This document shows, one piece after another, positions 59,281-64,000 of a DNA stretch of 64,000 bases. The position numbers were made by a program, and so were the translations under genes. The DNA comes from an uncultured Verrucomicrobiae bacterium (GTDB lineage Bacteria > Verrucomicrobiota > Verrucomicrobiia > Chthoniobacterales > JAATET01). The DNA is taken from contig CAVRCI010000004.1 in NCBI GenBank assembly GCA_963719495.1, positions 160,001 to 224,000 of the forward strand, written 5' to 3'. The notes beneath the pieces are model-generated. The model was not told the DNA's origin and did no database searches. It was given only the letters and a program-made list of their open reading frames with translations. Numbering within the stretch: position 1 is the stretch's first letter; every line of letters begins with the position of its first letter.

Positions 59281-59829
59281 ATGAATGCGGAGTTTGAATT
59301 GAGGGATTGGAACGCGGCTTGTGTGCGGTTGGAGGATTTTTTGCGGGCGCATCGAATCGAGGATCGGTCGCGGCACGTCGAGCTGGTGGCGGAGTTGCTG
59401 GCCGAGGCGCGGGGTGGGGCGGGGGCTGACGGGAACGCGACCGAGCGGGTGATGGCGGTGGCGCACGGGCGGGTCGAGCGTTGGTTCGCGGGATTGGTCG
59501 ATGGGGGGGATGGGGGGGATGGGGGGGATGGCGACCGCGGGCGGGCGGCGTATTATTCAACCGGAATTTATCGGCGCTGGCCGTCGGCGTTCCTGCGGGA
59601 GGATGTGCCGCCGGAGATGCGGGAGGCGGTGCGGACCGCTTCGGTGCAGGCCGGGCCGGATCTGGAGTTCAGCAGTCTGATTCGGAAAGAGGTCGATTAT
59701 GGACCGATGGAGGGTTTGGCGCGCGAGACGTGGGCGACGTTTTCCTGGGGTCACGTGCTGCGGGCGTTCGTGATCTGGGCGGTGATCTTCGCGGCGGTTT
59801 ACGGATTTTACCTGGGGTTCCTGGCGTGA
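59281..59829 (+). CDS. hypothetical protein with C-terminal TM (resembles a detached OpgH N-terminal domain)
   Basis: Lies between opgG and opgH. Its TGA overlaps the opgH GTG. Confidence 0.65.
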   Translation: MNAEFELRDWNAACVRLEDFLRAHRIEDRSRHVELVAELLAEARGGAGADGNATERVMAVAHGRVERWFAGLVDGGDGGDGGDGDRGRAAYYSTGIYRRWPSAFLREDVPPEMREAVRTASVQAGPDLEFSSLIRKEVDYGPMEGLARETWATFSWGHVLRAFVIWAVIFAAVYGFYLGFLA

Positions 59830-61943
59830 GGGCGTTTCAACGAACGGCGGATTTGCCGCGGGAGGCGGCTTCGTTTCGGCAGGCGATTTTTCTGGCGACG
59901 GGGGTGGGGATCACGTTTGCGGGGACTTGGTTGCTGGTGGAGACCTTTCTCGAGGAGGGGATGAGTGGGACGGAGTGGGCGCTGCTGGGACTGTTCGTCG
60001 TGCTGTTTGGCCAGCTGGCGTTTGGGTTCACCATCGCCTTTTGGGGATTCGTCGTGCGGGTGGCGGGCGGTGATTCCTTCGAGGTGATGCGGACGCTGCC
60101 GGAGGACGCGGGCGGGGTGGAGCCGGCGTCGACGGCGGTGGTGATGCCGGTGTTCAACGAGGAGCCGGGGCGGGTTTTCCGGGCGGTGGAGAAGATGTTC
60201 GAGTCCGTGGAGGCGACGGGGCGCGGGGCGGCTTTCGATTTTTTTGTGCTGAGCGATTCGAACAATCCGGACAACTGGATCCAGGAGGAATGCGCGTGGG
60301 TGGATTTGTGCACGCGGCTGTCGGCGTGGGGGCGGGTGTTTTACCGGAAGCGGCGGGTGTCGCTGCACGGGAAAAGCGGGAACGTCGCGGACTTCTGCCG
60401 ACGCTGGGGCCGGCGCTACCGCTACGTCATCATCCTCGACGCGGACAGCGTGATGGAGGGGGAGACGCTGCTGCGGCTGGCCTCGGTGATGGACGCGAAT
60501 CCGCGGGTCGGGATCGTGCAGACGCAGCCGGCGATCGTGCGGGGGACTTCGCTGCTGCAGCGGCTGATCCAGTTTTCGACCCGGTCGGTCGGGCCGCTCT
60601 TCGCGGCGGGATCGAATTTCTGGCACCTCGGCGGATCGAGCTACTGGGGGCACAACGCGATCATTCGGCTGCAGCCTTTCATGGAGCATTGCGTGCTGCC
60701 GGAGCTACCGGGGCGGAGCGCGAAGGAGCGACACATTCTGAGTCACGACACGGTCGAGGCGGCGCTCATGCAGCAGGCGGGTTACGAAGTGTGGTTCGCC
60801 TACCGGGAGGGTGGGTCGTTCGAGGAGGGGCCGCCGAATCTGACGGAGAGCTTCCAGCGGGACCGGCGGTGGTGTCAGGGGAACCTCCAACACTTTTGGT
60901 TTTTGGTGGCGCCGGGGACGCCGTTCACCAGCCGGGTTCACATTTTCTTTGGATTGATGGCTTATCTGTCCGCGCCGTTGCTGGTGGTCTTCGTGGCGCT
61001 GAGCGCGGTGGATTATTATTGGAAAACGCAGTTCGCGACGTTCTCGGCGAAGGCGGGTGAGGTCGGCTGGGAGGCGGCGGGGCCGGCGGGGGCGTTGCTG
61101 CTCGCGGGCACGTTGGTGCTTTTGTTTCTACCGAAAGTTTTGGGGACGGCTTGGCTGCTAGGGGACGCGAAGCGGTTTGGTGGTGGGATTGGGGTTGTGC
61201 TGAGCGGGGTGATCGAGACGGCGTTCTCGGTGCTGCTGGCTCCGATCTACCTGTATTTCTACAGCAAGTTCGTGTTGCTGACGGTGCTGGGCCTGCGGGT
61301 GGATTGGAAAACTCAGAAGCGGACCGGATCGGCTTTGGCGCTCGGGAGCGCGGTGCGGGACTACGCCGAGCCGACGATCCTCGGCGTGGCGATGACCATT
61401 CTTGCGGCGATCTGGACGCCGGGGTTGGTGCCTTGGCTGTCGCCGATTTTGTTTGGGTGGGTTTTCGCGATCCCGCTGGCGCTGCTGACGAGCTCGGATC
61501 GGGTTGGGGGTTGGTTGCGGGAGCGCGGGTTGCTGTTGATCCCGGAGGAACGGGACGTTCCGGGAATTCTGAAGGGGCTCGACGAGCGGCCGCCAGCGTT
61601 GGATCGGCCGGGGGCGTTGGAAAACGTTTCGCGTTTCGGTTTGCTGCAGGTGGTCGTGGCCCCGCCCATCAACGCGATCCACGTCTCGATGTTGCGCCGC
61701 TCGAAGGTGGTGGCGCGCCACAGGGAGAAGCAGATGGCGCGATTGCGGGTGAGGCTGCTGACCGAGGGGCCCGACGCTCTGGAGCGTCGGGAGCTGATGG
61801 CGCTCTTGTGGGACCCGGCGGCGATTTCGGAGATTCATCGCGAGGTCTGGCGGATGCCGGAAGAGCGGCTGCATCCCTGGTGGAAATACGCGATGCATCA
61901 CTACAACGAGGCTTCGGCGTCGTTGGCGCGGCGGGTGGGGTAA
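59826..61943 (+). CDS. opgH: glucans biosynthesis glucosyltransferase H
   Basis: MPVFNEEP, LSDS, KSGNVADFC, LDADSVM, YWGHNAIIR, LSHDTVEAA, RDRRWCQGNLQH. Confidence 0.95.
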   Translation: MRAFQRTADLPREAASFRQAIFLATGVGITFAGTWLLVETFLEEGMSGTEWALLGLFVVLFGQLAFGFTIAFWGFVVRVAGGDSFEVMRTLPEDAGGVEPASTAVVMPVFNEEPGRVFRAVEKMFESVEATGRGAAFDFFVLSDSNNPDNWIQEECAWVDLCTRLSAWGRVFYRKRRVSLHGKSGNVADFCRRWGRRYRYVIILDADSVMEGETLLRLASVMDANPRVGIVQTQPAIVRGTSLLQRLIQFSTRSVGPLFAAGSNFWHLGGSSYWGHNAIIRLQPFMEHCVLPELPGRSAKERHILSHDTVEAALMQQAGYEVWFAYREGGSFEEGPPNLTESFQRDRRWCQGNLQHFWFLVAPGTPFTSRVHIFFGLMAYLSAPLLVVFVALSAVDYYWKTQFATFSAKAGEVGWEAAGPAGALLLAGTLVLLFLPKVLGTAWLLGDAKRFGGGIGVVLSGVIETAFSVLLAPIYLYFYSKFVLLTVLGLRVDWKTQKRTGSALALGSAVRDYAEPTILGVAMTILAAIWTPGLVPWLSPILFGWVFAIPLALLTSSDRVGGWLRERGLLLIPEERDVPGILKGLDERPPALDRPGALENVSRFGLLQVVVAPPINAIHVSMLRRSKVVARHREKQMARLRVRLLTEGPDALERRELMALLWDPAAISEIHREVWRMPEERLHPWWKYAMHHYNEASASLARRVG

Positions 61944-61960
61944 GCGGAACTGGGGGGATG

Positions 61961-62189
61961 CGGATGGGGAAGGGCTGCCCGCCAGGGCGCGGGCTCCGGG
62001 GGATGGGCTTCGCCTTTTCAAAGGACGCGCTTCGCGCGGTGCCGGTCGAACTTCGTTCTCATCCCTCGGATGGGGAGGGATTGCCCGCCAAGGCGCGGGC
62101 TCCGGGGGATGGGCTTCGCCTTATATCTCGAGCGCGCTTCGCGCAACGCCGGTCGAACTCCGTTCTCATCCCTCGGATGGGGAGGGATT
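61961..62189. repeat. tRNA-linked tandem repeats, ~106-107 bp period
   Basis: CGGATGGGGA(G)GG... recurs at 61961, 62067 and 62174. The two downstream units are highly similar. Confidence 0.85.
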
Positions 62190-62258
62190 CGAACCCTCGG
62201 TGAGTTGCCCCACACACGCTTTCCAAGCGAGCGCATTCGACCACTCTGCCACCCATCC
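62174..62258 (-). tRNA. tRNA-Ser(GGA)
   Basis: GGATGGGTGGCAGAGTGGTCGAATGCGCTCGCTTGGAAAGCGTG...GAGGGTTCGAATCCCTCCCCATCCG. Long variable arm; CCA not encoded. Confidence 0.95.
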
Positions 62259-62392
62259 ATTGGAGGAAAGACGGAAAGTAGGAGGTGGGGCGGCGGAATG
62301 CAATCCCGTTGATTCTGAACACCCGTTTTCTCGGAATAATTCATTGCGCGCTGGGGCGAACCGATGCACTTGTATAAGCAGAGCTAATATCT

Positions 62393-64000
62393 ATGAGCAC
62401 TGCCACTGCCGATCCCCATTCCGCAACCGCCCACGAGGCGCACGATCACAAGAAGCCGAATTGGTTTTTCCACTACATCTGGTCCTACGATCACAAAATG
62501 ATCGGTCTGCAGTATCTGTGGACGGCGCTTTTCTTCCTTCTGGTGGGCGGTGGACTCGCGATGGGTGTTCGCTACCAACTCGGTTTCCCGGGCGCGAAGA
62601 TTCCGATCATCGGCGATTTCCTGCCGGCTACGTTGGCCATCGAGGGCGCGATTGTCCCGGGTGGGTACAACATGTTGGTGACGATGCACGCGACGGTGAT
62701 GGTGTTTCTCGTCGTGATGCCGCTGCTCATTGGCGCCTTTGGTAACTACCTGATTCCGTTGAAGATCGGGGCGGGGGACATGGCATTTCCGCTGCTGAAC
62801 GAGCTGAGCTACTGGCTCTACGTCGCGTCCGGCATCATCCTGATGGCTGCATTCTTCGTTCCGGGTGGTGGGCCATCCTCGGGATGGACGTCCTACGCAC
62901 CGTTGAGTACGGTCGAGGCATACAATCAGACGCGGATCGGGCAAAGCCTGTGGGCGATCGGTATTTTCATCAACGGCTTGTCGTCCATCGCGGGAGCGTC
63001 GAACTACATCACGACGATTGTGAACATGCGGGCACCGGGCATGGGAATGTTCCGGTTACCGCTGTCGGTCTGGTCTCTGTTCATCACGGCGATCCTGCTG
63101 ATCCTGGCTGTGCCGATTCTGTCGGCTGCGGGTGCGATGCTGTTCTTCGACCTGAACTACAACACGAATTTCTTCGTTCCGGTGCGCGATGGCGTGCTCA
63201 CGGGCGGTCAGCCGTTGCTCTGGCAGCATCTCTTCTGGTTCTTCGGGCACCCGGAGGTTTACATCATGATCCTGCCCGCAATGGGCCTCGTGTCGGAAAT
63301 CATCCCGGTCTTCTCGCGAAAGCCGATCTTTGGTTACAAGGCGATGGTTTACGCGATGGGAGCGATCGGATTCCTCGGTTTCATCGTGTGGGGTCACCAC
63401 ATGTTCGTGAGCGGCATGAACCTCACGCTGAGCGCCGTCTTCTCGATTTCGACGATGGTCATCGCGGTGCCGTCGGCGATCAAGACGTTCAACTGGCTGG
63501 GGACGGTCTGGAAAGGTTCGATCGAATTTACGACACCGATGTGTTTCGCGCTGGCGTTCGTTTCGATGTTCGTGATCGGCGGATTGAGCGGAATCTTCAT
63601 GGCCTCGACGCCGGTGGATCTGTTCGTTCACCACACCTATTTCATCGTCGCGCACATCCACTACGTGCTCTTCGGCGGGAGTATCTTCGCGATTTTCGCT
63701 TCGATTTACTTCTATTTCCCGAAGATGTTCGGGCGAATGTACGACGAAAAGCTCGGCATGATCCACTTCGTGCTGACGTTCATTTTTTTCAACCTGACCT
63801 TCTTCCCGATGCACAACCTCGGGCTCGGTGGAATGATGCGGCGCATCGCGGATCCGACGGTCTACGAGCATCTGCGCCAGCTACAGCCGCTGAATCAGCT
63901 CTGCACGATCGGGGCGTTTGGCCTCGGGCTGACGCTCATCCCGTTCTTCTGGAACGTCATTGTGAGCCTGCGGAGTGGTGCGAAAGCTCCGAACAATCCG
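62393..64000 (+). CDS. ctaD: cytochrome c oxidase subunit I (runs off the window end)
   Basis: DHKMIG, TMHATVM, WFFGHPEVYIMILP, VWGHHMF, VAHIHYV. Absent from the ORF track because it has no stop in the window. Confidence 0.96.
   Translation, partial: MSTATADPHSATAHEAHDHKKPNWFFHYIWSYDHKMIGLQYLWTALFFLLVGGGLAMGVRYQLGFPGAKIPIIGDFLPATLAIEGAIVPGGYNMLVTMHATVMVFLVVMPLLIGAFGNYLIPLKIGAGDMAFPLLNELSYWLYVASGIILMAAFFVPGGGPSSGWTSYAPLSTVEAYNQTRIGQSLWAIGIFINGLSSIAGASNYITTIVNMRAPGMGMFRLPLSVWSLFITAILLILAVPILSAAGAMLFFDLNYNTNFFVPVRDGVLTGGQPLLWQHLFWFFGHPEVYIMILPAMGLVSEIIPVFSRKPIFGYKAMVYAMGAIGFLGFIVWGHHMFVSGMNLTLSAVFSISTMVIAVPSAIKTFNWLGTVWKGSIEFTTPMCFALAFVSMFVIGGLSGIFMASTPVDLFVHHTYFIVAHIHYVLFGGSIFAIFASIYFYFPKMFGRMYDEKLGMIHFVLTFIFFNLTFFPMHNLGLGGMMRRIADPTVYEHLRQLQPLNQLCTIGAFGLGLTLIPFFWNVIVSLRSGAKAPNNP

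Noticed and set aside
59503..59532. (GGGGGGGAT)-type 9-nt tandem repeat
   Set aside because: In-frame low-complexity GGD linker with no sign of phase variation.
61961..62189. Possible CRISPR array
   Set aside because: The inter-repeat segments are copies of each other rather than unique spacers, the repeat is the tRNA 3' end, and no cas genes are present.
1..64000. Many long overlapping ORFs rich in Arg/Pro/Ala/Gly (e.g. 33297-36167, 36538-39447, 1883-4024, 55729-57783)
   Set aside because: Shadow frames of real genes in high-GC DNA, with no recognisable motifs.

Overview
High-GC bacterial chromosome segment. Gene content and style suggest Verrucomicrobiota (prs-rplY-pth-rpsF-ssb order, Cys-less FmdB protein, PEP-CTERM protein); this assignment is an inference. 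In order, the window holds: an NSS transporter with a small partner ORF; an AlkB-like hydroxylase; a class V aminotransferase with a RelE-like gene; an ECF/anti-sigma pair; mscL; a WYL regulator; an aldo-keto reductase, a gluconolactonase and dps; a ~15-kb minus-strand nitrate assimilation cluster (NasS-like sensor, nrtABCD, frameshifted nirA, CysJ-like flavoprotein, DUF4202, DmsB/C-like fusion, nasA) with a divergent LysR gene and a porin; an HDAC/GNAT pair; a MoxR-DUF58-BatA/VWA operon; a lower-GC patch (decayed alginate-lyase-like gene, LMW phosphatase, methyltransferase); an MFS transporter; a tail-collar/PEP-CTERM protein; the prs to ssb housekeeping block; gltB; opgG/opgH; tRNA-Ser(GGA) with tRNA-linked repeats; and a ctaD running off the window end. 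Best candidates for undescribed biology: (1) an unannotated 51-aa ORF with a beta-clamp-type motif (QLELPL), divergent from the WYL gene and behind a DriD-like operator; (2) a four-helix-bundle (23S rRNA IVP-type) gene lying antisense within the nitrate operon between inverted heptamer arrays, with many orphan heptamer arrays inside and between genes; (3) a perfect 34-36 bp palindrome present twice with compensatory changes. All protein family names come from motif recognition, not from database searches.
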